Assembly: GCA_026770705.1 (NCBI GenBank)
Contig: JANJGN010000323.1
Coordinates: 558,001 to 622,000 of the forward strand
Reading direction: 5' to 3'
Source of the DNA: Isurus oxyrinchus
Taxonomy: Eukaryota
Length of the DNA: 64,000 nt
Shown here: positions 1 to 11,859 of the stretch, one piece after another
How the letters are laid out: every line of letters begins with the position of its first letter
Numbering within the stretch: the first letter of the stretch is position 1
Notes under the pieces: generated by a model
What the model was told of the DNA's origin: nothing
The model's input: only the letters and a program-made list of their open reading frames with translations
Database searches by the model: none
Position numbers and translations under genes: made by a program

Positions 1-9
1 TCTCACACA

Positions 10-50
<41 letters not shown>

Positions 51-340
51 CCACACACATGCACTCATATAGACACATACATGCACATTTACACACACAA
101 ACCTACGCGTGCAAAAATATACAGAGAAACATACACACACTCAACTCACACACACACACTCACACATGCACACACATACACATACACATGTACACACATT
201 CACTCATGCACAGAAATATACACAAAGACACACTCACATATGCGCAAACACATACACACATGCACACACAGACACATGCATGCATACTCACACAAACATA
301 CTCACATATGTAGAAACACAAACACATACACATAAACAGG
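1..340. repeat. (CA)n microsatellite / CA-rich low-complexity tract
   Basis: Pure CA run at ~11-47 decaying into CA/TA-rich sequence; the His/Thr-rich ORFs are artefacts. Confidence 0.95.
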
Positions 341-772
341 CGTGAGGTCCCTCTTCTCTCTCAGGGCCGCACTGGAGTCTCGGTATCAGCTTCGATTCTG
401 TGTTGAAGGAAGGTAAACACCAGATCAACAAGACCCTGAATTGGATGAGCAACCTCCTGAACAGAGAATGGTAGATTTACCCCTCAGTGCTCCATCAGTC
501 AAATACAATTCAATGGCTTTCAATGCCTTGGGGGCATCTTGAGAGTGTTAAAGGATGTTTCTTTCATTCTAGATGGACAGCAACTCTACTGGTGGGAGAA
601 TGCAACTGCAGTGTGACAGTTTACATAGGAAATGCCCATTATAAATGTGACAGTCATTTTTCATGAGGGAAGGTACCTGGAAAGGCATTCCAATATCAGA
701 TACAGAGAGATGATGCATGAAGTCTTGCTGTGCACTATGCTTGCTCACATTAAAATCTTTATTTATTTTTAG

Positions 773-1054
773 ACGGACCACGGAATCTCTTAATTACTTC
801 TCTGGATATGATTAACGTTTCATCGATCAATATAATTGAGGGGAATTCTGCAGTGATAATCTGCTCTGTCGAGAGCTTCCCAGCTTCTAACCTGACGTGG
901 CAACATCTTAATGTCCCAATAAACAGAACAAGTTCCAACAATGAGCTGTGGTTGGTGATTCCTCACGTTACATCCAGGGACACTGGAGACTATCAGTGTG
1001 TGGCAGAGAATGAACATGGAGCAGTGGAGGGATTCATAACCATCACTGTGGAAT
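773..1054 (+). CDS. Gene 1 (inhibitory Siglec-like): C2-set Ig exon a
   Basis: tttttag acceptor, 282 nt, phase 1/1, GTGAGT donor at 1055; encodes GPRNL...IICSVESFPASNLTW...DTGDYQCVAENEHG...ITVE with the Ig C-W-C pattern. Confidence 0.92.
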
Positions 1055-1545
1055 GTGAGTGTACACAGAATGCAACATCTCTCTCAGATTTGAACACATA
1101 TACACAAATGCACACCCACACGCACACACAAGCACTCACTGCACTGGAGTCTCGGTATCAGCTCCAATTCTGGATGGAACGAAGGTAAACTACAGATCAA
1201 CAAGTCCCTGAATTGGATGAGCAACCTCCTGAACAGAGAATTCTATATTTACCCCTCAGTGCTCCATCGATCAAATACAATCATTGCCTGTCAAGCCCTT
1301 GGGGACATCCTGAGGATGTGAAAGCAAATTCCTTTCATTCTAGGTGGACAGCGCCTCTACTGGTGGGAGAATGTAACTGCAGTTTGACTGTTTACATAGG
1401 CAGTGCCCATTATAAATTTGACAGTGGAAGTTATATGGAGTGGAGGGACCTGGCTATGCATACAGACATCAGATACAGAGAGATAATGCATGGAGTCTTG
1501 CAGTAAACTGTGCTTGCTCACATTAAACACTTGATTTGTTCTTAG

Positions 1546-1827
1546 ATGCTCCACAGAATCTCTTATTTACTTCTCTTGATATGATTAACGCTTCATCGAT
1601 CAATATAATTGAGGGGAATTCTACAGTGATAATCTGCTCTGTCGAGAGCTTCCCAGCTTCTAACCTGACGTGGCGACATCTTAATGTCCCAATGAACAGA
1701 ACAAGTTCCAACAATGAGCTGTGGTTGGTGATTCCTCACGTTACATCCAGGGACACTGGAGACTATCAGTGTGTGGCAGAGAATGAACATGGAGCAGCGG
1801 AGGGATTCATAACCATCACTGTGGAAC
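1546..1827 (+). CDS. Gene 1: C2-set Ig exon b (tandem duplicate of exon a)
   Basis: ttcttag acceptor, 282 nt, phase 1/1, GTGAGT donor at 1828; YAPQNL...ITVE, nearly identical to exon a. Confidence 0.92.
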
Positions 1828-2637
1828 GTGAGTGTGGAGATACATTTGTTTGTTTGTTGTCTCCGTGGTCTCCGTGGAGCCATTGGGATCGTGTTGTTTT
1901 TAATCCAGTTTTCTTCAATCCTCGCTCAGTCCACGTTATCCACACATCCAATTTTTCCTCTCCCTTTCTGTTTTTGCTCTCAGTTTCTCCTTCAATGGTT
2001 GTGAGGACAAGGCTGTCAGGTCTTCGTTTGCAATCTCCATACTTGACGACCTTTCTCTCTCTAACTGTCCTGAACAACCCTTTTAATTGCTGAACTTCTC
2101 ATTCTTTAATTGATAAATATTATATATAAATGTTACATGTTGAAATGCAATACCTGTATTCATAAATTGCTTAGAAATTACTAAACATTCAACAGCCAAT
2201 GAAGCATTATCGAAGTGAGCACAAATTTGTAATGAAGGAAACACAGGTACTGATTTGTGCACAGCAAGATCCCACAAACCACCGTGTGATAATGACCTGA
2301 TAGTCGATTATTTCAGTGAGGCTGGTTGTTACATGTGTAGAGACTACATACCCTTTAGGGAGGGAAGCATGTCTCGATGTGGATGTGACTCCAGTCTCAG
2401 ACACCAACATGGTTAACTCACACCTGCCCTCTGAACTGGTCTCCCAGTTTGGGACAAACCAGTGGTTCAGGAGGAAGACCCCCCACCACCTTCTCAAGGG
2501 GAAACTAGGGATGGACAATAAATGTCAGCATTGCCCGAGAATGAGTATTTAAACACTGAGTGAGTGTATCGCTTCTCGAGATACATCGGAGCATCATTGT
2601 AAACCTGTAGTGCAGTAATTAATGGCTGTTTTTACAG

Positions 2638-2734
2638 GTAGAGACTCCAGTAAATGGACAGTAGGATTGTTCACGGCTGGGATCATGTTGAGTGTTTTCC
2701 TGGCTGGAATCTTCATCTTCATCTGTGTGAGAAA
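2638..2734 (+). CDS. Gene 1: transmembrane exon
   Basis: tttacag acceptor, GTAAGT donor at 2735, phase 1 to 2; RRDSSKWTVGLFTAGIMLSVFLAGIFIFICVRK, uncharged TM followed by a basic stop-transfer. Confidence 0.9.
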
Positions 2735-3249
2735 GTAAGTCTGGAGATTTAACTTGATTTTAATATAAACATTTGCTTCAATGCTCTTTCCTGAAGTCGG
2801 TGATTGTTTCCCTTGGGATCAGCACCAGGTCCCTCTCTGTAAGTGATCCCTGTGTCCACTCTGATCCGGAGAGAACCTTTCATTGTCCTGTATCCAGGTA
2901 AACGATCACGAGACCCAGAGATTCCTCACTCTGCACGATTACTCCTGGATTGATATTTGCTTCAATGTTCTTTCCTGAAGTCGGTGATTGTTTCCCTTGT
3001 GTTAAGCGCCAGATGCCTCTCCGTAACTGGTCTCTTTATCCGTTATGATCCAGAGAGTGTTTTTCATTGCCCGTTATCCAGATGAATAATAATCAGTTGC
3101 TGTGATCTGGAAGGCGCTGCCTGAAAGGGAGGTGGAAGCAGATTCAATAGGATCTTTCAAAAGGGGAATTGGATAAATACTTGAAGGGGGAACATTTGAA
3201 GGGCTATGGGGGGAAGAGCAGGGTTGGAGGGCGGGTCAAAGATATGGCG

Positions 3250-3505
3250 TGTCATTATAATGATATTATACCTTGGGCTTATTTACTGTACAAGAAAGAA
3301 AGCACCAATCGCTCACAGGGTTTGGGCGAGAATGTTGTCGGTTTGTTCATCAAGACTCGGCACGAGAACAGTTATACACACGGATAAAGATTGGAGGCAT
3401 CAGAGCTGTGAGTGTGTGCTCTGCTCAAAGCAAAAGTGAAACTAAGATTGGATCACATGACACACTTCCATTATAGTGATGTCACGCTGATACCCCTTAT
3501 TGGAA
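3250..3505. mobile_element. Solo LTR-like fragment related to the LTR at 49138-50626
   Basis: Shares 'aaagtgaaact...gatcacatgacacacttcc...gtgatgtca' with 49305-49325 and 50564-50600. Confidence 0.5.
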
Positions 3506-3611
3506 CTAGAGACAGTCCAGTCGTTGGTGTAAGGTTACAGTGGTCTCTGTGTCTGTGCTGCACTGACTCTCAGCTATATGATAACCACAGTGTGATATTG
3601 TGTTATTGCAG

Positions 3612-3693
3612 GAGAAAGACAGCGATGGAGGAGAGAGTTTCAGGGACCAGTGACATTGCATTGACCCCCAGGTCACTCTCTGTGAAGCACCAG
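3612..3693 (+). CDS. Gene 1: cytoplasmic exon 1
   Basis: ttgcag acceptor, CAG|GTACAG donor, phase 2 to 0, fits between the TM and terminal exons; (K)RKTAMEERVSGTSDIALTPRSLSVKHQ. Confidence 0.8.
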
Positions 3694-3905
3694 GTACAGG
3701 AACTGTTTACACTCACTCCAAAGCTTCAACCTCAGTCTGTAGACAACACGTATACCAGATTCTCAGCCGGGTTACACACAGATATCTCCTTGTGAAGTCA
3801 GCAATGGCTCACTGGTCAGCACTGTCTCTCGCTCCCAGCCTCCGTCTCCCTCCATCACTCGCTCTTTGACCAGAAACCTGAACACATTAATGACAAGGCA
3901 CCTGA

Positions 3906-6900
3906 TGTCAGAACTGAGGGAGTGCTGCACTGTCAGAGGGTCAGTACTGAGGGAGTGCTACACTGTCAGAGGGTCAGTACTGAGGGAGTGCTGCAATGTC
4001 AGAGTGTCAGTACTGAGGGAGTGCTGCACTGTCGGAGGGTCAGTACTGAGGGAGTGCTGCACTGTCAGAGTGTCAGTACTGAGGGAGTGCTGCACTGTCG
4101 GAGGGTCAGTACTGAGGGTGTGTTGCACTGTCAGAGGATCAGTACTGAGGGAGTGCTGCACTGTCGGAGGGTCAGTACTGAGGGAGTGTTGCACTGTCAG
4201 AGCGTCAGTACTGAGGGAGTGTTGCACTGTCGGAGGGTCAGCACTGAGGGAGTGCTGCACTGTCAGAGGGTCAGTACTGAGGGAGTGCGGGACTGTCAGA
4301 TGGTCATTACTGAGGGAGTGCTGCACTGTCAGAGGGTCAGTACTGAGGCAGTACTGCACTGTCGGAGGGTCAGTAGTGAGGGAGTGCTGCACTGTCGGAG
4401 GGTCAGTACTGAGGGAGTTGTGCACTGTCAGAGTGTCATTACTGAGGGAGTGCTGCACTGTCGGATGATCAGTACTGAGGAAGTGCTGCACTGTCAGCGG
4501 GTCAGTACTGAGGGAGTGCTGGACTGTCAGAGAGTCAGTACTGAGGGAGTGCTGCACTGTCGGAGGGTCAGTAGTGAGGGAGTGCTGCACTGTCAGAGGG
4601 TCAGTATTCCGAGAGTGCTGCACTGTCAGAGGGTCAGTACTGAGGGAGTGCTGCACTGTCAGAGGGTCAGTATTGAGGGAGTGCTGCACTGTCGGAGGGT
4701 CAGTACTGAGGGAGTGCTGGACTGTCAGAGAGTCAGTACTGAGGGAGTGCAGCACTGTCGGAGGGTCAGTAGTGAGGGAGTGCTGCACTGTCAGGGGGTC
4801 AGTACTGAGGGAGTGCTGCACTGTCGGAGGGTCAGTAGTGAGGGAGTGCTGCACTGTCAGAGGGTCAGTATTGAGGGAGTGCTGCACTGTCAGAGGGTCA
4901 GTACTGAGGGAGTGCTGCACTGTCAGAGGGTCAGTATTGAGGGAGTGCTGCACTGTCAGAGGGTCAGTACTGAGGGAGTGCTGCACTGTCAGAGGGTCAG
5001 TATTGAGGGAGGGCTGCACTGTCAGAGGGTCAGTATTGAGGGAGTGCTGCACTGTTGGAGGGTCACTAGTGAGGGAGTGCTGTACTGTCAGAGGGTCAGT
5101 ATTGAGGGAGTGCTGCACTGTCAGAGGGTCAGTATTGAGGGAGGGCTGCACTGTCAGAGGGTCAGTATTGAGGGAGTGCTGCAATGTTGGAGGGTCAGTA
5201 GTGAGGGAGTGCTGCACTGTCAGAGGGTCAGTATTGAGGGAGTGCTGCACTGTCAGAGGGTCAGTATTCCGGGAGTGCTGCACTGTCAGAGGGTCAGTAG
5301 TGAGGGTGTGCTGCACTGTCAGAGGGTCAGTATTGAGGGAGTGCTGCACTGTCAAAGGATCAGTATTGAGGGAGTGCTGCACAGTCAGAGGGTCAGTACT
5401 GAGGGAGTGCTGCACTGTCAGAGGGTCAGTATTGAGGGAGTGCTGCACTGTCAGAGGGTCAGTATTGAGGGAGGGCTGCACTGTTGGAGGGTCAGTAGTG
5501 AGGGAGTGCTGCACTGTCAGAGGGTCAGTATTGAGGGAGTGCTGCACTGTCAGAGGGTCAGTATTCCGGGAGTGCTGCACTGTCAGAGGGTCAGTAGTGA
5601 GGGAGTGCTGCACTGTCAGAGCGTCAGTACTGAGGGAGTGCTGCACTGTCAGAGGGTCAGTACTGATGGAGTGCTGCACTGTCAGAGGGTCAGTATTGAG
5701 GGAGTGCTGCACTGTCAGAGGGTCAGTATTGAGGGAGTGCTGCACTGTCAGAGGGTCAGTATTGAGGGAGTGCTGCACTGTCAGAGGGTCAGTACTGAGG
5801 GAGTGCTGCGCTGTCGGAGGGTCGGTACTGAGGGAGTGCTGCACTGTCAGAGGGTCAGAACTGAGGGAGTGCTGCACTGTCAGAGGGTCAGTAGTGAGGG
5901 AGTGCTACACTGTCAGAGGGTCAGTGCTGAGGGAGTGCTGCACTGTCAGAGGGTCAGTACTGAGGGAGTGCTGCACTGTCAGAGGGTCAGTAGTGAGGGA
6001 GTGCTGCACAGTCAGAGGGTCAGTGCTGAGGGAGTGCTGCACTGTCAGAGGGTCAGTACTGAGGGAGTGCTGCAATGTCAGAGTGTCAGTACTGAGGGAG
6101 TGCTGCACTGTCGGAGGGTCAGTACTGAGGGAGTGCTGCACTGTCAGAGTGTCAGTACTGAGGGTATGCTGCACTGTCGGAGGGTCAGAACTGAGGGTGT
6201 TTTGCACTGTCAGAGGATCAGTACTGAGTGAGTACTGCACTATCGGATGGTCAGTACTGAGGGAGTGTTGCACTGTCAGAGCGTCAGTACTGAGGGAGTG
6301 TTGCACTGTCGGAGGGTCAGCACTGAGGGAGTGCTGCACTGTCAGAGGGTCAGTACTGAGGGAGTGCGGGACTGTCAGATGGTCATTACTGAGGGAGTGC
6401 TGCACTGTCAGAGGGTCAGTACTGAGGGAGTACTGCACTGTCGGAGGGTCAGTAGTGAGGGAGTGCTGCACTTTTGGAGGGTCAGTACTGAGGGAGTAGT
6501 GCACTGTCAGAGTGTCATTACTGAGGGAGTGCTGCACTGTCGCAGGGTCAGTACTGAGGGAGTGCTGCACTGTCGGATGTTCAGTACTGAGGAAGTGCTG
6601 CACTGTCAGCGGGTCAGTACTGAGGGAGTGCTGGACTGTCAGAGAGTCAGTACTGAGGGAGTGCTGCACTGTCAGAGGGTCAGTACTGAGGGAGTGCTGC
6701 ACTGTCAGAGGGTCAGTACTGAGGGAGTGCTGCACTGTCGGAGGGTCAGTACTGAGGGAGTGCTGGACTGTCAGAGAGTCAGTACTGAGGGAGTGCAGCA
6801 CTGTCGGAGGGTCAGTAGTGAGGGAGTGCTGCACTGTCAGGGGGTCAGTACTGAGGGAGTGCTGCACTGTCGGAGGGTCAGTAGTGAGGGAGTGCTGCAC

Positions 6901-8622
6901 TGTCAGAGGGTCAGTAGTGAGGGAGTGCTGCACTGTCAGAGGGTCAGTATTGAGGGAGGGCTGCACTGTCAGAGGGTCAGTATTGAGGGAGTGCTACACT
7001 GTTGGAGGGTCAGTAGTGAGGGAGTGCTGCACTGTCAGAGGGTCAGTATTGAGGGAGTGCTGCACTGTCAGAGGGTCAGTATTCCGGGAGTGCTGCACTG
7101 TCAGAGGGTCAGTAGTGAGGGTGTGCTGCACTGTCAGAGGGTCAGTATTGAGGGAGTGCTGCACTGTCAGAGGGTCAGTATTCCGGGAGTGCTGCACTGT
7201 CAGAGGGTCAGTAGTGAGGGTGTGCTGCACTCTCAGAGGGTCAGTAATGAGGGAGTGCTGCATTGCCAGAGGGTCAGTATTGAGGGAGTGCTGCACTGTC
7301 AGAGGGTCAGTACTGAGGGAGTGCTGCACTGTCAGAGGGTCAGTACTGAGGGAGTGCTGCACTGTCAGAGGGTCAGTGCTGAGGGAGTGCTGCACTGTCA
7401 GACGGTCAGTATTGAGGGAGTGCTGCACTGTCAGAGGGTCAGTACTGAGGGAGTGCTGCACTGTCAGAGGGTCAGTAGTGAGGGAGTGCTGCACTGTCAG
7501 AGGGTCAGTACTGAGGGAGTGCTGCACTGTCAGAGGGTCAGTACTGAGGGAGTGCTGCACTGTCAGAGTGTCAGTACTGAGGGAGTGCTGCACTGTCAGA
7601 GGGTCAGTATTGAGGGAATGCTGCACTGTCAGAGAGTCAGTACTGAGGGAGTGCTGCACTGTCAGAGGGTCAGTACTGAGGGAGTGCTGCACTGTCAGAG
7701 GGTCAGTATTGAGGGAGTGCTGCACTGTCAGAGGGTCAGTATTGAGGGAGGGCTGCACTGTCAGAGGGTCAGTATTGAGGGAATGCTGCACTGTTGGAGG
7801 GTCAGTAGTGAGGGAGTGCTGCACTGTCAGAGGGTCAGTATTGAGGGAGTGCTGCACTGTCAGAGGGTCAGTATTCCGGGAGTGCTGCACTGTCAGAGGG
7901 TCAGTACTGAGGGAGTGCTGCACTGTCAGAGGTCAGTATTGAGGGAGTGTTGCACAGTCAGAGGGTCAGTATTGAGGGAGTGCTGCACTGTCAGATGGTC
8001 AGTACTGAGGGAGTGCTGCACTGTTGGAGGGTCAGTACTGAGGGAGTGCTGCACTGTCAGAGGGTCAGTACTGAGGGAGTGCTGCACTGTCAGAGGGTCA
8101 GTAGTGAGGGAGTGCTGCACTGTCAGAGGGTCAGTGCTGAGGGAGTGCTGCACTGTCAGAGAGTCAGTACTGAGGGAGTGCTGCACTGTCAGAGAGTCAG
8201 TACTGAGGGAGTGCTGCACTGTCAGAGAGTCAGTACTGAGGGAGTGCTGCACTGTCAGAGAGTCAGTACTGAGGGAGTGCTGCACTGTCAGAGAGTCAGT
8301 ACTGAGGGAGTGCTGCACTGTCAGAGGGTCAGTATTGAGGGAGTGCTGCAGTGTCAGAGGGTCAGTAGTGAGGGAGTGCTGCACTGTCGGAGGGTCAGTA
8401 CTGAGGGAGTGCTGCACTGTTGGAGGGTCATTAGTGAGGGAGTGCTGCACTGTCAGAGTGTCAGTATTGAGGGAGTGCTGCACTGTCAGAGGGTCAGTAC
8501 TGAGGGAGTGCCGCACTGTCAGAGGGTCAGTACTGAGGGAGTGCTGCACTGTCAGAGGGTGAGTACTGAGGGAGTGCTGCACTGTCAGAGGGTCAGTACT
8601 GAGGGAATGCTGCACTGTTGGA
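3906..8622 (+). repeat. 33-bp minisatellite (GTCAGTACTGAGGGAGTGCTGCACTGTCAGAGG), roughly 140 units, intronic
   Basis: Direct tandem repeat; gives 11-aa periodic ORFs in several frames on both strands. Confidence 0.97.
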
Positions 8623-8808
8623 GTGCGATAGAGATTAAATTATACAGAGAGAGAGAAAGCGAGAGAGAAAGAGAGACAGAGAAAGATATTGAAAAAAAGG
8701 GTTAAACCCACTGAGACACGACTGACACTAACGAGGCTGCACAATAATTTAACCCTATCAGTGCCAGTAAATGATGTGAGGATGTCTTCTGTTTCCATTT
8801 CTCTGTAG

Positions 8809-9057
8809 GGTAAACAGAACGTGCTGATTACTGAGCCCCGGAACACAACCAGAGACACAACTAGTGAGGGGGAGACCCCAGCTCCCCGGGGTCTCTCTGA
8901 AGGTCCAGTGGGAGGCGATGTTGGACATGGGAACCCCGACAATCCCGACGAGCTTCTCTACGCCAACATCAACTTTTCAAAGCTGCCCGGCGGTGACAGG
9001 ACTGTGCACAGGAGCGAGGACACGGAATACGCACAGATCAGGTTCCAGAAAAACTGA
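8809..9057 (+). CDS. Gene 1: terminal cytoplasmic exon with ITIM and ITSM-like motif
   Basis: ctctgtag acceptor, phase 0; GKQNVLITEP...DELLYANINF...EDTEYAQIRFQKN*. The LxYxxI plus TEYxxI pair is the classic Siglec inhibitory tail. Confidence 0.92.
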   Translation, partial: GKQNVLITEPRNTTRDTTSEGETPAPRGLSEGPVGGDVGHGNPDNPDELLYANINFSKLPGGDRTVHRSEDTEYAQIRFQKN

Positions 9058-9251
9058 GTGTGAAACAGGGAGCGGGGCTGTGGGGTGTGTGCAGCCAACA
9101 TGGCCAAATAGTAATGAACACAAATATGATGTTGCTGAACTTTTTTTTCAATCTGTTCTGAGTGAGCTTTCTGAATGCTGCACCCTTTTCCATGCTGTAA
9201 AAGATTGCGAGAAGCTTATGAATTATGTATAATTTTACATCTGTTAATACA

Positions 9252-9350
9252 AGGTGAGGTGAGAGTGACTGCCTTTGACATTAAGGCTGCATTTGACCGA
9301 GTGTGGCATCTAGGAGCCCGAGCAAAACTGGAGTCAATGGGAATCAGGGG
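9252..9350 (+). mobile_element. Non-LTR retrotransposon (CR1/L2-group LINE) RT fragment, 5' part
   Basis: Encodes GEVRVTAFDIKAAFDRVWH...KLESMGIRG (RT motif); continues at 10241. Confidence 0.85.
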
Positions 9351-10240
9351 TGGTACGAAAGTATAATAATTTGCTTAATATTTTCCTGGTTTGTTGTAAA
9401 CTAGGGTTATGGGTGTGAGTGTAGATGGGTCTGTCTGTGTAGTTTAATTACATCTGGAGTCAGGTAGACTGCAAGTTTGAGATTATCAAAAGAAGCTAGA
9501 TGTAGAAATGTACTTGAAATGCTAATGAGAACACATGGAGGCTGCCTTAGCATGTAAGGTGTGAAAGGGTTGTCTAGATTTCAAAGGGATGTTGGTCTGT
9601 TTAGGACAAGCCCAATAAGCAAAGCTAAGGAGTTTTTTTTTTAAATTTTACCCAAACTTCATTGACAATATTGGCAACATGAAAGTTTATATTATGGGAA
9701 AGGTACAGTTCCAAAGAATTTACACATCAAAGAGAGAGAAACATTTATAAAGGAGAATGAAAGGCTATGTTGGGGGCCATGTAAGATCTAACAGGAGTGT
9801 GTGAAACAGGCTTGAACAAGCCTCCAGGCATTTGTGCTTAAGTCTGTTATGTTCAGTAAATAAAGTTGGAGAAATCCATTTAGAATTCCAGTGTCAAGTG
9901 TGTGCTGTGTTAACTCGCTGGGTTTGTTTTTAATCTAAAATCTTATTTTGGACTGTTGCCTTAAACAGGCTCTGTAATTGGGAGTCAGGTTAATTAGGAA
10001 TTTGAGAATTTATATTAGTTGTAACTATCCGTGGTATTATGTATGTACTTGAAATCTTTTATTTTGTTAATAAATATCTTAATCCAATTTTTAAAATCTC
10101 TAAAGGTTGTGGTCATTTCATTACTCCTGAATTCAGTGCACGCTTCTTGTAATAAATACAAATTGCAAAACTATTGTGTTAGCATGACCAATTTTCCCTT
10201 GTGGATTTGGAGCACCAAGCACACATCATCTGCCATGTCA
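9351..10240 (+). mobile_element. Solo-LTR-like insertion splitting the LINE
   Basis: Interrupts the RT frame (GIRG|GKTL); its 3' part matches inverted copies at ~50631-51030 and ~60476-60850. Confidence 0.7.
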
Positions 10241-11315
10241 CCGGGAAAACTCTCCACTTGTTGGATTCATACCAAGTACAAAGGAAGGTGGTTGTGGTTG
10301 TTGGAGGTCAGTCATCTCAGTTCCAGGATATCACTGCAGGAGTTGCTCAGGGTAGTGTCCTAGGCCCAACCATCTTCAGCTGCTTCATCAATGACATTCA
10401 TTCTATCAGATGGTCAGAATTATGGATGGTCGCTGATGATTGCACAACGTTCAACATCATTCATGACTCATCAGATGCTGAAACAGTCCATGTCCAAATG
10501 CAGCAAGACCTTGACAATATCCAGGCTTGGCCTGACAAGTGGCAAGTAACATTCATGCCACACAAGTGCCAGGCAATGACCATCTCCAACCAGAGAGATT
10601 ATATCCATCTCCCCTTAATGTCCAATGGCATCACCATTGCTGAATCCCCCACTATCAACACGCTGGGGGTTACCAATGACTAGAAACTGAACTGCACTAG
10701 CCATATAAAAACTGTGACTATAAGAGCAGGCCAGAGGCTGGGAATCCTGTGGTGAGTAAATCACCTCCTGACTCCCCAAAGCCTGTCCACCAACCTCAAG
10801 GCACAGGTCAGGAGTGTGATGGAATACTCGCCACTTGCCTAGATGAGTCCAGCTCCAACAACACTCAAGAGGCTCGACACCGTCCAGGACAAAGCAGCCC
10901 CGCTTGATTTGCACCCCATCCACAAACATTCTCTCCCTCTACAACTGACGCACAGTGGCAGCAGTGTGTGTACCATCTACAAGATGCAATGCAGGGAGTC
11001 ACCAAGCCTCCTTAGACAGCACCTTCCAAACACATGATCACTACCATCTCGAAGGACAAGGGCAGCAGACACATGGGAACACCACCACCTGGAAGTTCCC
11101 CTCCAAGTCACTCACCATCCTGACTTGGAAATATATCACCGTTCCTTCACTGTCGCTGGGTCAGAATCCTGCAACACCCTCCCAAACAGTTCTGTGGGTG
11201 TACATACACCACAGGGACTGCAGCAGCTCAAGAAGACAGCTCACCCCCATATTCTCAAGGACAATTAGGGATGGGCAATAAATTCTGGCCTAGCCAGTGT
11301 CAGTGAATAAATACA
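10241..11315 (+). mobile_element. LINE RT 3' part and tail (degenerate)
   Basis: GVAQGSVLGPTIFSCFIND...VADD...QQDLDNIQAW; ends in attagggatgggcaataaat...gaataaa. Confidence 0.9.
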
Positions 11316-11429
11316 AAAAAGAAGCTATTAAAATGCTCTGACATTTCTGTACATTTTTATCAAAGTAAATACGTACTGTAGTGAATAATTCCTTATTTGA
11401 TGCCGTGCATGTGGGGTTGGAAGATTCTT

Positions 11430-11535
11430 TTTAAAACCACAGGCAGTTCACAGAAACCCACAGGAAACCCACAGAGAGACAGTCACTGAGAAAGTCACTC
11501 ACTCCTTGTGGTTTCACCTTTTAACCACATCCTGT
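11430..11535. promoter_or_regulatory. Putative RUNX/ETS enhancer-like motif cluster
   Basis: ACCACA at 11436 and 11524, TGTGGT at 11507, plus CAGGAA and CATCCTG, within ~100 bp. Confidence 0.35.
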
Positions 11536-11597
11536 CTGTGTGCCTTAAATGTTAAACACACCGGCCACACTCAGGGAGGTTTCACTCTGTGAAATGC

Positions 11598-11825
11598 TCT
11601 CTCTCTCACAAACACACACACAGACACACACACACACACACACACACATACACAAACACACATACACACGCTCATACACTTACAGACAGACACACACATA
11701 CACACATACTCACACACACATACACAAACACACATACACACGCTCACACACTTACAGACAGACACACACATACACACATACTTACACACACACACTCGCT
11801 CACACACAGGCAAACACGCACACAA
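11598..11825. repeat. CT/CA microsatellite
   Basis: Dinucleotide tract with an internal block repeat. Confidence 0.9.
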
Positions 11826-11859
11826 ATATCCTGACAGCAAACTGCGATTAAGTGCTTCC

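Noticed and set aside
2770-3085. ~185-bp intronic tandem duplication
   Set aside because: Real, but with no coding or regulatory signal.
3866-8705. Long Cys/His-rich ORFs (up to 771 aa) resembling zinc-finger or metallothionein repeats
   Set aside because: Translation of a stop-poor 33-bp repeat, open in several frames on both strands and lying inside an intron.
773-9057. Assigning a gene symbol (CD22, MAG, SIGLEC1, SIGLEC15, CD33)
   Set aside because: Family features are clear but orthology cannot be set without phylogeny and synteny.
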